Assembly: GCF_016756745.1 (NCBI RefSeq) | Contig: NZ_JAESIH010000059.1 | Coordinates: forward strand, 2,149 to 66,148 | DNA length: 64,000 bases | Direction of reading: 5' to 3' | Source: Aminivibrio sp. | GTDB lineage: Bacteria > Synergistota > Synergistia > Synergistales > Aminobacteriaceae | Part shown: in pieces, positions 39,597-49,288 of the stretch | Layout: the number at the start of each line of letters is the position of its first letter | How positions within the stretch are numbered: position 1 is the stretch's first letter | Position numbers and translations under genes: made by a program | Notes under the pieces: model-generated | Told to the model about the DNA's origin: nothing | The model's database searches: none | What the model saw: only the letters and a program-made list of their open reading frames with translations

Positions 39597-40481
39597 CTAT
39601 TTCAGGCGGGGATTGAACTCGTCGCGGAGAAAATCCCCCAGGAGATTGATTCCGAAGACCAGGAGCATGATGAACATCCCCGGAAAGACCGACGACCACC
39701 AGAGGCCGCTGAAAAGAACGTCGTAGCCGTTTTTGACGAGAAGGCCCAGGGAGGGCCTGGTCACGGGAACGCCCACCCCGAGGTAGCTGAGGGTGGCCTC
39801 CGTGAGAATCACCGTCCCCACGTGGATGGTGGCGATGACGATGAGAGGGGTCAGAATGTTGGGCAGCACGTGCCGCAGGATGACGGCGAAGGGAGAGAGA
39901 CCGATAAGCCTGGCGGCGTCCACGTATTCCTTTTTCTTCTCCACCAGCACGGAGCCCCTGACCGTCCGGGCGTAGAGCACCCAGCCCACGATGGTGAGGG
40001 CCGTCACGAGTTTTCCGAGGCCGCGGCCGAAGGCGGCCATGATGAAGAGGGCCACCAGCATGGCCGGGAAGGAGAGCTGGATGTCCACCACCCGCATGAG
40101 GAGGCTGTCGAGCCTCCCGCCGAAGTAGCCCGCCACGAGCCCGAGGAAGGTGCCGAGAACGCAGGAGAGGACCACCACCGAAAGACCGATGAACAGGGAG
40201 ATCCTGCTGCCGTAGACCATGGCGCTCAGCAGGTCCCGCCCCTGATCGTCCGTACCGAGGAGGAAGGCCGGGTCGCCTCCCTCCATCCAGACCGGCGGCT
40301 TGAAGGCGTCCATGAGGTCCAGGCTGCCGATGTCGTAGGGGTTCTGGGGAGTGAGCAGGGGCCCTGCGGTCACCAGGACCGCGAAGAACGTGACGATGAG
40401 GAGCCCTGCCATTGCGCCGGGGCTCCGGACGAAGTTGTGGAAGAACTCGCTTTTGAAAAATCCTTCTTTTTTTTCGCTCAT
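39597..40481 (-). CDS. Peptide ABC transporter permease (OppC/DppC-like)
   Basis: LGTDDQGRD, EYVDAARLIG, HVLPN; start MSEKKE at 40481. Confidence 0.9.
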   Translation of the reverse strand: MSEKKEGFFKSEFFHNFVRSPGAMAGLLIVTFFAVLVTAGPLLTPQNPYDIGSLDLMDAFKPPVWMEGGDPAFLLGTDDQGRDLLSAMVYGSRISLFIGLSVVVLSCVLGTFLGLVAGYFGGRLDSLLMRVVDIQLSFPAMLVALFIMAAFGRGLGKLVTALTIVGWVLYARTVRGSVLVEKKKEYVDAARLIGLSPFAVILRHVLPNILTPLIVIATIHVGTVILTEATLSYLGVGVPVTRPSLGLLVKNGYDVLFSGLWWSSVFPGMFIMLLVFGINLLGDFLRDEFNPRLK

Positions 40482-40486
40482 TCCGG

Positions 40487-41452
40487 TCACCTCAGGTCGA
40501 TTCTGGGATCGATCAGGGTATAGACGATGTCCACGATGAAATTGATCAGGACGAACATGGCCGCCACGATCATAAGGTAGGCCACGATGACGGGCCGGTC
40601 CGCCGTGTTGATGGAGTCCACCAGGAGCTTGCCCATCCCCGGCCAGGCGAAGATGGTCTCCGTCACGGTAGCGAAGGCGATGAGGCTCCCTATCTGCATG
40701 CCGAAGACCGTCACCACGGGAACGAGGGCGTTCTTCAGCGCGTGGGAGAAGAAGAGGCTCCTCCAGGAGACGCCCTTGGCCCGGGCGAATCGGATGAAGT
40801 CCTGGCGCATCACCTCCATGATCTGGGCCCGGATGAGCCGGATGAGCATGGCCAGCGTTCCGAGGGCGAGGGTCACTGCGGGGAGGACGATGTGCCGGAA
40901 GCCGTCCCAGGTGAGGAAGGCGAAGGGGATGCCGAAGAGGGGAGCCGTGGTCCCCCGGCCCGACGAGGGCAGGAGCCCCTTCTCCACGGCGAAGTAGAAG
41001 ATGAGGAGAATTCCCACCCAGAAGGACGGCAGGGAAATGCCCAGCAGCGACCCTCCCATCACCGCCCGGCTGAAGGGTCTGTTCGGCCTCGCCCCGGCGT
41101 AGACTCCGCAGGGCAATGCTACCGCCAGGGACAGGAGCACCGAGAAGAAGACCAGTTCGAGGGTGGCGGGCATCCGCTCCACGATGAGGGTCAGGGCGGG
41201 ACGCTTGAAGATGTAGGACATCCCCAGGTCCCCCCGGAGAAGGTTCTGCAGGAAGACCCCGTACTGCGCCCACAGGGGCCGGTCGAGGCCGAGGGCGATT
41301 CTGGCCTCGGCTATCTGGGCGTCCGTGGCCGTGGGCGGCACGATCATGAGGACCGGGTCGCCGGTGAAACTCATCACGAGAAAGACGATCAGCGAGACTG
41401 TGAAAAGGACGACAATCATCTGGGCAAGACGTTTCAGCAGGTATTTCAACAT
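40487..41452 (-). CDS. Peptide ABC transporter permease (OppB/DppB-like)
   Basis: LGLDRPLWAQY, DFIRFARAKG, ETIFAWPGMG. Confidence 0.9.
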   Translation of the reverse strand: MLKYLLKRLAQMIVVLFTVSLIVFLVMSFTGDPVLMIVPPTATDAQIAEARIALGLDRPLWAQYGVFLQNLLRGDLGMSYIFKRPALTLIVERMPATLELVFFSVLLSLAVALPCGVYAGARPNRPFSRAVMGGSLLGISLPSFWVGILLIFYFAVEKGLLPSSGRGTTAPLFGIPFAFLTWDGFRHIVLPAVTLALGTLAMLIRLIRAQIMEVMRQDFIRFARAKGVSWRSLFFSHALKNALVPVVTVFGMQIGSLIAFATVTETIFAWPGMGKLLVDSINTADRPVIVAYLMIVAAMFVLINFIVDIVYTLIDPRIDLR

Positions 41453-41492
41453 GGTTCATATCTCCGTTTCGCGTGGAATGGAGAGCCCGGGT

Positions 41493-41770
41493 CCCTCAAA
41501 GCGGCAGGCATGTCGGAAGAGGAAGTGTTGGGGGGCGTACGGTGAATTCGCCCCCCAGGGGCGAAAAGATCCCGCTCCGCGCACTTTGCTGAGACACCTC
41601 CCGGGGGACAGCACCAAGACCGGGAACCGGCCGGGAGTCGGTTTCACAAGCAGACGACCGGCGAACGCAGGGAGCGGGGTTGATCACTTGGAAAATTGTC
41701 ATGGACGACAATGTGCCCCGGCGGCCCGATCGGGCGCCGGCAACGTTCCCCTCTGCCGCCGGATTTTCCG
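41493..41770 (+). repeat. Degenerate near-full-length copy of the MITE-like element
   Basis: Colinear with 52067-52345: GGCGAAAAGATCCCGCTCCGCGCACTTTGC, CGGTTTCACA.GCAG...CCGGCGAACGCAGGGAGC, TGTCATGGA.GACAAT; termini decayed, so boundaries are approximate. Confidence 0.7.
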
Positions 41771-41778
41771 GCTGCCCC

Positions 41779-42759
41779 TCACGGGCAGGCCTCCGATGCC
41801 GGGACGAGCTTCCCCTTCTCGTCCGCATACCTGACTTCGCAGTCGAGCCAGACCCCAATCCGGTCGTAAACCCTGCGCCGGACCAGGCCGATGAGAGCGA
41901 GCACATCCCGGGAGGACGCCCCTCCAAGGTTAACAATAAAATTGGCGTGCATGGAGGAAACCCGGGCCCCTCCCACGGTCTCTCCCTTGAGGCCCGTGTC
42001 CTCGATGATCTTCCCCGGGGGGCCTGCGAGTTCGAAGACCGCCGGGTCGTTGGTGAACACGGAGCCGCAGTTGGGCAGATCAAGAGGGAACTTGCCCCTG
42101 CGCTCCCCGAGGACCCGCATCTGTTCCCTTCTCACCGCGCTCGGCTCCGACCGCCGGAAATCAAGAACGGCGCCGAGGACAATCCACCGTTTTTCCGGAA
42201 CGTCGGGAGGGTCCTGGAAGACGGACCGCCTGTAGGAGAAGCCGCACTCTTCCTTCGTGAAGGTCCGCCGTTCACCCGTCATGGAGACGGCGTCCACGGA
42301 GCGTATATTCTCTCCGGCGCTGTGCCTCAGGCTTCCGCCGTTCATCGTGACCAGGCCGCCCAGGGAGCCGGGGATACCCGCGGCGTGCTCGAATCCGGAC
42401 AGCCCTGCGTCGGCAAGGTTTTTCACCAGTTTCGGCACCCAGATTCCGCCCCTGGCCTTCACCTCCGTGCCGGAGATGGAAAAGTCGGAGTAAAACCTCC
42501 CCAGCTTCATCACCACGCCCCGGATGCCGCTGTCGGGGAAGAGCAGGTTCGTCCCCTTCCCTAAGACGAGAAACGGGACGTTCTCTCCCCTGACAAATTC
42601 CAGGAGCCGGAGGATCTCCTCCTCCGAGCGGGGCTGGACCAGGGCATCCGCCGGACCCCCTATCTTCCACGAACAATGGTCTTTCAGCGGCTCCATGGGG
42701 GAGACCACACCAACACGGAGTTTCTGCAGCTTTTCCGCAAGGATCATGGGCGTTTCCAC
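41779..42759 (-). CDS. murB: UDP-N-acetylmuramate dehydrogenase
   Basis: KIGGPAD, LGKGTNLL, GIPGSLGG..MNGG, FSYRRS, GSVFTN, HANFIVN, EVR. Confidence 0.92.
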   Translation of the reverse strand: METPMILAEKLQKLRVGVVSPMEPLKDHCSWKIGGPADALVQPRSEEEILRLLEFVRGENVPFLVLGKGTNLLFPDSGIRGVVMKLGRFYSDFSISGTEVKARGGIWVPKLVKNLADAGLSGFEHAAGIPGSLGGLVTMNGGSLRHSAGENIRSVDAVSMTGERRTFTKEECGFSYRRSVFQDPPDVPEKRWIVLGAVLDFRRSEPSAVRREQMRVLGERRGKFPLDLPNCGSVFTNDPAVFELAGPPGKIIEDTGLKGETVGGARVSSMHANFIVNLGGASSRDVLALIGLVRRRVYDRIGVWLDCEVRYADEKGKLVPASEACP

Positions 42760-42829
42760 AACCGCCTTTCACGAAGGGAGATGGTAATTCTACCATCCCC
42801 CGGCAGGTTTTCCGCGTTTCTTCTCTCCC

Positions 42830-45800
42830 TCAGACTGCCGGACGCAATGTTCCCCGCTCGATATGGTGGAAGGCGAGAAAGTCCGGAGCGGTCCCCCGGG
42901 CCTCCACCAGTGCCCGGAAAATGTCGAGGGTCTTTTTCTGGCAGGTGAAGAGGAGTACCTGGTTGTCCGCCGCCGCCTCTAGGATGGCCTCTGCGGCACC
43001 CTGCCGGCGGGTTTCGTCAAACCGGACAAGAAGGTCGTCGAGTATCAGGGGCAGGGGCTCGGAATTGCGCCCCCACAGCGTTGCCAGGGAGAGCCGCATG
43101 GACAGGTAGACCTGGTCCGCGAGCCCTGAGCTCCACTTGACCTCGTCCTTCCGTTCCCTGGAGGGATCGTTCTCCTCCAGGACCACGGAGAGGCCTCTCT
43201 CTCCGCCACCCGAAAGAAGAGTGTACCGGTTTCCCGTCATCAGCGCAAGGTATTTGCCCGCCCTGCGGATCACCTCGGGCTGACGCTCCCTCTCGTGCTT
43301 CTCCCTGGAAACCTCGAGAAAATGCCGGGCGAGGATCACCGAAAGCCACTCTTTCACGCTGTCGTCCAGCTTCCGCTCCATCTCGCTCCTGGAGAACAGC
43401 AGTTCCCCGAGGCGTTCATCAGCGGCGATCTGCTCCAGACGGAGGGCTAGCCTTCCCCTGGAGTCCGCCGCGGCCTCGATCTCCTTTTCCAGGGCGGCGG
43501 CTTCCGCCGCAGCCCGCTCTCTTTCCTTCGCCCCGTCTTCCGCCGAGAGGGACAGGAGTTCCTCTCCCGCCTTCTCCACTTCCTCCGCAGTGCCGAAAAG
43601 ACCAAGGAGAACCTTCCGTTCCCGGGATGCCTCGTCAAGGAGACGCTCCCTTTCGGCCCACCGGGCGGCAAGGTCTCTGTACTGCTCCTCGTCTTCCAAA
43701 CCGGCGAAGGTGAAGAGCTCCCCTGTTTTGCCCCCGTTGACCTCCAGGTCTTCCCGGAGTCCGGCGAGGGAGGCCGAAAGGGCCGCCAAATCCTTTTCGA
43801 GAGCGGCGATCTCCGCCTTTCTCTCCCCGGCACGCTTCAGGACGGCGGCAAGAGTCCGGATGGAAGACGGCTCGGGCTCTTCCGGAAGCTCCGCCCCGGC
43901 CTCCGCGAAGAGCCCGGCCAGGTCGAGGATGCGCTGCTTCACCGAGGAGATATACTTCTCGAGCTCCCTCGTTTCAGCCTTCCTGGACTCGATGGCGGAC
44001 TTCTCCGACCGGAGCTGAAGTATCCGGGGCACCAGGGCCTCCATGTCCTTCGGTGCAAGGTTCTGGTCGAATTGCCGCCCGGCAAGCCACCGGCGCCATT
44101 CGTCCGTAAGCCTGTCAAGTTCTTCGGCCGTACGCTCAAGGGCGCTCTCCATGGCCTCGCTCTCGCTGTCCATCCGGGCCATCACGGCGGCCATCTGCCG
44201 GCTCCGTTCGCTCAGCACGGCAAACCGTTCGTTCGCCGAATTGTCCCTCTCTCCTTCTTCCAGGAGCTCGTCCATTTCGTTGGCGAACCTCGGGGCCCTG
44301 ACGCCTAAGTGCTCCCCGAGTTCCTCCCGCCTGTTCCGGAGCCTTTCAACCCTGGCCTTCTGGCTTTCCAGCAGCAGCAGGGTCTCCTCCATCCGCAGGT
44401 CGAGGTCGTCCATCCTGCGGGTCCACCATGAGAGAGCCGTCTCGTACCGCTTCTGCTGGTCCCGGTGGGCTATGAATGAGAGCAGGGAGGCGCTGAAAAG
44501 GGCCACGGCGCCGAAGAACCACAACCGGTCAGAGGTGAGCCAGGCCTGGTAGGCCCCCCCGCCGCCTACGGCGAGCAGCACTCCGGAGATGAGGGCTACC
44601 ATTGTCCCGGGCTCGGGGGGCTCTTCCTCGACAAGGACCGTTTTTTCACTGATGATGGTGGTCCTGGCTTCCTCGAGGTTCGCCAGTTCCTCTTCCTCGC
44701 CGCAGAGTTCCCCGAACACGGCCCGCAGGTCGGTGATGAGGCTCCATCGCTCGGTGGCCCGCTTCGCCCTGGCCTCCACTTTCGCCATTTCCCGGTCGAG
44801 GGAAACGCCCTCGCTTCTCCGGTCCTCCCGCAGGCGGTTCCACTGGACAAGAGACTTCTCCTCCTCGCCTTTCCGCCTTTCGAGAAGTTCCTTCCGCTCC
44901 GCGGTCCTCCTGGCGAATTCGATGGCCTCCGCAGAGACATCGGCCTCGGCGAGGTGTTCCTCCGTCCACCAGGAACAGAGATTCTCCAGGTTTCCCCTGA
45001 ACACCTTTTCTGCGTCCCGTATCTCCTTTTCCAGAAGATCCCTTCTGGCGAGAGAAGCCCGGAACCGCTCGCTTTCATGCTCCAGTCCCTCCACTTCCTG
45101 CCGGGCAGGAAGACAGGCGAGGACGGGGTCCGCCTCCAGGACGGCCTTCTCCTCCGCCTTCGCCGCCCTTTCTTCCTCCAGGCGGGCGATGGAGGTTTCA
45201 ATCCGTTCCTTCTCTTCCTTCAGCCGTTCCAGCCGGAACAGGCCGTTTTCGGGAAAGGGACGAAGTTCCCTCATTTCACAAAGCCGCCGTTCAGTCTCCG
45301 TCAGGACCGCCAGGGAGGGCCGGGCCTTTTCGAGAAGTTCCAGGCGGGCGATCCTCTTTTTCAGTATCTCCAGGCGGCTTTTCTTCTCCTCCATGGAGGT
45401 TTCCATGGCCGACAGGTCGTCCTTCATCCTGCGCCAGGCTCCGTTCCGCTCCATGATGTCCCGTATCGCGCCGTCCGTTTCGTTCTTGGAGGCGAGAAGA
45501 CGGTTCACCACCGAGGCACTCCGCGCGTTCCCCCAGGGCCGGTAGAGCTCATTCTGTCTGGCATCGAGCACCGAAAGGAGCTTCGGAAGGGACGCCGACC
45601 CCAGGCCGGCCCCGGCGGCAAAGAACCGGGCCGCCACATCGGATGAGTTCAGGGGATCCAGGGACTGCATCTCCCCGAGGCCCATGGCGAAGACACTCTC
45701 GTAGACCTCCCTGCTGATGGAGAAGAAGTCCGGGGACAGTTCGGCGGCGGGGCCTCCGTCGGCGGGAGCGATATAGTTCTTCTGTCCCTCCACGGTAAGG

Positions 45801-46051
45801 ATATATTCCCTTCCGTCCTCCATGCGGATCCTGGCGGAGCCTCCGTGCAAACCGCCGTTCAGGGGCTCGTACATGTTCGCCTTCCCCCTGCCGTTCTTTC
45901 CCCTGCTGAAGAGCAGGCGGCGGAAGAAATTCATCAGGGTGGTCTTGCCGCTTTCGTTTTCTCCCTGGAAGACGGTGAGTCCCTTCGACAGCCTCGCTCC
46001 CGATCCGGAGAAAATGCCGAAATTATTCACAAAAAATTCCGTTATCCTCAT
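42830..46051 (-). CDS. YhaN-like SMC/Rad50-type coiled-coil ATPase (AAA_27)
   Basis: Walker A GENESGKTT, long coiled coil, WSSGLADQVYL signature, LILDDLLVRFD Walker B. Confidence 0.85.
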   Translation of the reverse strand: MRITEFFVNNFGIFSGSGARLSKGLTVFQGENESGKTTLMNFFRRLLFSRGKNGRGKANMYEPLNGGLHGGSARIRMEDGREYILTVEGQKNYIAPADGGPAAELSPDFFSISREVYESVFAMGLGEMQSLDPLNSSDVAARFFAAGAGLGSASLPKLLSVLDARQNELYRPWGNARSASVVNRLLASKNETDGAIRDIMERNGAWRRMKDDLSAMETSMEEKKSRLEILKKRIARLELLEKARPSLAVLTETERRLCEMRELRPFPENGLFRLERLKEEKERIETSIARLEEERAAKAEEKAVLEADPVLACLPARQEVEGLEHESERFRASLARRDLLEKEIRDAEKVFRGNLENLCSWWTEEHLAEADVSAEAIEFARRTAERKELLERRKGEEEKSLVQWNRLREDRRSEGVSLDREMAKVEARAKRATERWSLITDLRAVFGELCGEEEELANLEEARTTIISEKTVLVEEEPPEPGTMVALISGVLLAVGGGGAYQAWLTSDRLWFFGAVALFSASLLSFIAHRDQQKRYETALSWWTRRMDDLDLRMEETLLLLESQKARVERLRNRREELGEHLGVRAPRFANEMDELLEEGERDNSANERFAVLSERSRQMAAVMARMDSESEAMESALERTAEELDRLTDEWRRWLAGRQFDQNLAPKDMEALVPRILQLRSEKSAIESRKAETRELEKYISSVKQRILDLAGLFAEAGAELPEEPEPSSIRTLAAVLKRAGERKAEIAALEKDLAALSASLAGLREDLEVNGGKTGELFTFAGLEDEEQYRDLAARWAERERLLDEASRERKVLLGLFGTAEEVEKAGEELLSLSAEDGAKERERAAAEAAALEKEIEAAADSRGRLALRLEQIAADERLGELLFSRSEMERKLDDSVKEWLSVILARHFLEVSREKHERERQPEVIRRAGKYLALMTGNRYTLLSGGGERGLSVVLEENDPSRERKDEVKWSSGLADQVYLSMRLSLATLWGRNSEPLPLILDDLLVRFDETRRQGAAEAILEAAADNQVLLFTCQKKTLDIFRALVEARGTAPDFLAFHHIERGTLRPAV

Positions 46052-47412
46052 AACCCGTCAACCCCTTCGAGCAGTCCGGACAGGGCCGAATATGTCCCCT
46101 TGTCGAGGAGCAGCTCCGCATCCTCTTCGGACAGGGAGTCTATCACTTCCAGCACGTCCCGGGACGGGATTTTGTCCAGAATTCCCCGCTCCCGGAGGAT
46201 GTTTTTGAGTCCTTCCCGGAGGTCGCCGCCTTTCCGGAAGGCACGGACCTCCTTCAGGAAATCCCCCGCAAAATGGCTGCCCGCCGCGATGGAGTCGAGG
46301 TCCAGGGGAGGTGCCGTCATCCCGGAGATCTCCTCGGTGAAGACAAAATCCTCCCTGTCTTCCTCCCCTTCGTTCACCGCCTCCAGAAGTCCGCCGGGCC
46401 CCCTGAGAAACCCCGGGCGCCGGAGAAGCCCGTGGATCTTCCCCCGGCCGGAAATGGAAAGCCGCAGAAGGGCCGGACGGCCGCCGTTTTCCCGCCGCAC
46501 CGCCTCCTTCAGGTCCGACACGGCCTGGAAAAACTCCTCGTCCCGATCCATGCCGTCGATGGAAATGTCTTCGCTTCTCCACCGCACTACGTCGCAGGGG
46601 ACGAACTCTGCGCACCCCGGTTCACCGGGGGAGAGGGTGACGTAAAAAACGCCCTTTTTCCCCGTTTCCCGGATATTCCTCCCCTGGATATTCCCGGGAT
46701 AGACGACGAGAGGGTCCCTGCAGAGCACCTCCGCCCCGTGGACGTGCCCAAGGGCCCAGTAGTCCATGCCCGCCGCCCTCAAGTCGTCCAGGGAGCAGGG
46801 AGCGTAGTTTTCATGTCCCTTCCGGCCGCCCACGTTGCAGTGGAGGAGGGCGATGTTCAGACCCTCTCCCTTCCTTCCCGCGAACCGGAGGGCCATGTTC
46901 TCCTCCACGTCCCGGACGGGATAGCTGAAGCCGTGAACCATGCCGGCCGTCTCCCCTCCAAGCGCCAGGGGAACTGACTCGACTCCGGGGCCGAACCGGA
47001 AGGCCAGGGGCGGAAAATCACGGTCCGCTTCCCACCCCGACAGGGAATCGTGGTTTCCTGCGGCGATGAAGGAGGGGATCCCTCCGGCAGAAAGGCGCCC
47101 GAGCTGTTCGAGAAAGAAGACCTGGGCCCGGACGCTCCTGTCCTCGCTGTCATAGACATCGCCCGAGATCACGAAGAAATCCGCCCTGTTCTTCAGGGCG
47201 AAGGTGACGGCGTTTTCAAAAGCCCGGAAGGTCGCTTTTCGCAGGAATGCCCCGAGGGCGGGAGAGATATCGGAAAGCCCGGAAAAGGGGCTGTCGAGGT
47301 GAAGGTCCGCACAGTGAACGAAGGATATTTTTCGGCCGCTCACCGGGTCTTCCCCCTCTCCGCCGAGAGAAAAGGATACGTGTTCCGGCACACTGGGCAC
47401 CACTCCCTTCAA
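46048..47412 (-). CDS. YhaO-like Mre11/SbcD-type DNA repair nuclease
   Basis: HCADLHLDSPF, SGDVYD, GNHDS, LLHCN, WALGHVH, PGNIQGR. Confidence 0.88.
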   Translation of the reverse strand: MKGVVPSVPEHVSFSLGGEGEDPVSGRKISFVHCADLHLDSPFSGLSDISPALGAFLRKATFRAFENAVTFALKNRADFFVISGDVYDSEDRSVRAQVFFLEQLGRLSAGGIPSFIAAGNHDSLSGWEADRDFPPLAFRFGPGVESVPLALGGETAGMVHGFSYPVRDVEENMALRFAGRKGEGLNIALLHCNVGGRKGHENYAPCSLDDLRAAGMDYWALGHVHGAEVLCRDPLVVYPGNIQGRNIRETGKKGVFYVTLSPGEPGCAEFVPCDVVRWRSEDISIDGMDRDEEFFQAVSDLKEAVRRENGGRPALLRLSISGRGKIHGLLRRPGFLRGPGGLLEAVNEGEEDREDFVFTEEISGMTAPPLDLDSIAAGSHFAGDFLKEVRAFRKGGDLREGLKNILRERGILDKIPSRDVLEVIDSLSEEDAELLLDKGTYSALSGLLEGVDGL

Positions 47413-47472
47413 AAATCCCGTCTACTTTATGCCACAGTCTCCTTCTTTGCAACACAATCCCGTCCACCTAAA

Positions 47473-47506
47473 CCTAAATCCACAGGCAGCGGGGAGCGGA
47501 TTTAGG
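47473..47506. repeat. Mini element of CCTAAATCCGC family (34 bp)
   Basis: CCTAAATCCACAGGCAGCGGGGAGCGGATTTAGG between divergent genes. Confidence 0.8.
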
Positions 47507-47589
47507 CGGAGCGTCGGGGCTTGTCACCAGCCGGTGAAAATGGGATAATCCTTTGGTGATTGAATCCGATTGTGGAGGATTGTCGAGAG

Positions 47590-48603
47590 ATGAAAGGATT
47601 GGGAGCGGCCATTTCGGCCATTTCGTACTACCTTCCGCCGAAAGTGGTGGACAACAAACTCCTTGTGGAGGAGTTCGGCACGTGGACCGAAGATAAAATA
47701 TACCAGAAAACGGGGATCAGGGAACGCCACGTGGTCGACGGAGAGCTGGTGTCGGATCTGGCAGTCAGGGCGGCGGAAAAACTCTTCGAAGAACACGGCA
47801 TCGACCGGGAGACCATCGACTTCCTGCTGCTGTGCACAGAGAGCCCCGACTACTACCTTCCCGCCACCGCCTGCGTGGTACAGGATCGCCTCGGCCTGAA
47901 AAAGACCATTGGAGCCCTGGACTACAACCTGGGGTGCTCGGGCTTCATCTACGGCCTCGCTCTCTCGAAGGGGCTCATCGCCGCGGGCATAGCCTCGAGG
48001 ATCCTGCTCGTCACCGCCGACACCCTAAGCCGGACCATCAACCCGAAGGACAAGAGCACCCGCACCATCTTCGGCGACGCCGCCGCAGCCATCCTGGTGG
48101 AGGGCTCCGACACGGCCCGCATCGGCGACTTCGTCCTCGGCACCGACGGCTCGGGAATGGACAAGCTCATCATCCCCGCCGGGGCCTGGGCCGCCCCCCG
48201 CTCGCCGGAGACCGCAGCCGAACGGACCAACAAATGGGGGAACACCAGGTGCGCGGAAAACCTCTACATGAACGGCCCCGAGGTGCTCAACTTCACCATG
48301 GCCACCGTGCCCGAGGCAGTCAGCCGGACCCTGGAGGCTCACTCCCTGAAGCTCGAGGACGTGGACATCTTCGTCTTCCACCAGGCCACGTTCCTCATCC
48401 TTGAGCACCTGAGGAAGGAAATCGGCATACCGAAGGAAAAGGTCTTCATGAACATGGAGAACAAGGGCAACACGGTAAGCGCCACCATTCCCATAGCCCT
48501 GCGGGACGCCGCCGACGAAGGCAGGCTCCGCCCGGGGGACAGGGCCATGGCCGTCGGGTTCGGCGTGGGGTATTCCTGGGGGGCGACTATCATCCGATGG
48601 TAA
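47590..48603 (+). CDS. fabH: 3-oxoacyl-ACP synthase III (FabH-like)
   Basis: TGIRERH, CSGFIYGL (Cys), FGDAAAA, FHQA (His), GNTVSATIP (Asn). Confidence 0.85.
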   Translation: MKGLGAAISAISYYLPPKVVDNKLLVEEFGTWTEDKIYQKTGIRERHVVDGELVSDLAVRAAEKLFEEHGIDRETIDFLLLCTESPDYYLPATACVVQDRLGLKKTIGALDYNLGCSGFIYGLALSKGLIAAGIASRILLVTADTLSRTINPKDKSTRTIFGDAAAAILVEGSDTARIGDFVLGTDGSGMDKLIIPAGAWAAPRSPETAAERTNKWGNTRCAENLYMNGPEVLNFTMATVPEAVSRTLEAHSLKLEDVDIFVFHQATFLILEHLRKEIGIPKEKVFMNMENKGNTVSATIPIALRDAADEGRLRPGDRAMAVGFGVGYSWGATIIRW

Positions 48604-48904
48604 GTCAAGCACCTCTGTTTTCCTGAAAAACATGATCGACTGGGCCGGGCGGTCTACCGCGACGTCAGGCCGAATCCCACAGACTCCATGGTCATGTGGG
48701 GGCGCCGGGATCTACGAGGACGAAGGCTGCGGACGTCTCCCGGTTCTCCCATAATCCAGAAACGAGTGAACCGGCATCAAGCACAGCCGACTGCGATACT
48801 GTCCCCGAGCGGTTCGGCGGCGGAAGCCTGCATAAGACTGTTAAAGGGAGGGTTTACCCTCGACGACCGACGACGAGCGGTTTTACAACAAAAGATGAAA
48901 AAAT

Positions 48905-48930
48905 TCCGGGGGCCCGTCAGGGCCCCCGGA
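48905..48930. terminator. Intrinsic terminator downstream of the STAS gene
   Basis: TCCGGGGGCCC-GTCA-GGGCCCCCGGA, T-rich tail on the minus strand. Confidence 0.75.
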
Positions 48931-48934
48931 CGCT

Positions 48935-49243
48935 TTACTGTTGGGACACGTTGAACACGAGGTCGAGGCGGGTAAGCCGGAAGAGCTCTTCGACCATTCC
49001 GCGAAGGCCGGTGATGACCATCTTCCCGCCCTTCTGGAGGCATCTCTTGTGAATGGAGATCAGGACCCCGAGCCCCGAGCTGTCCACGTAGTCCAGGCCC
49101 GAAAGGTCGATGGTCAGGTTGATTATCCCTTCTTCAAGAAGCCCGATGAGCTGCTCCCTCACGGACGCGGAATCTTCGACGTACATGCTGCCGCCCAGAC
49201 GTATCCGCGCCCCGGAGCCGCTTTTGCTAATATCCACTTTCAT
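48935..49243 (-). CDS. STAS-domain anti-sigma factor antagonist
   Basis: DLSGLDYVDSSGLGVL, FRLTRL. Confidence 0.88.
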   Translation of the reverse strand: MKVDISKSGSGARIRLGGSMYVEDSASVREQLIGLLEEGIINLTIDLSGLDYVDSSGLGVLISIHKRCLQKGGKMVITGLRGMVEELFRLTRLDLVFNVSQQ

Positions 49244-49288
49244 GGTGCATCCTCCTTCTCCATGGACAAACTTCGGAAAGCAAGCCGA

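Noticed and set aside
48610-48900. Possible small ORF or ncRNA between fabH-like and the STAS terminator
   Set aside because: No RBS-supported ORF, recognisable motif or convincing structure that I could support.
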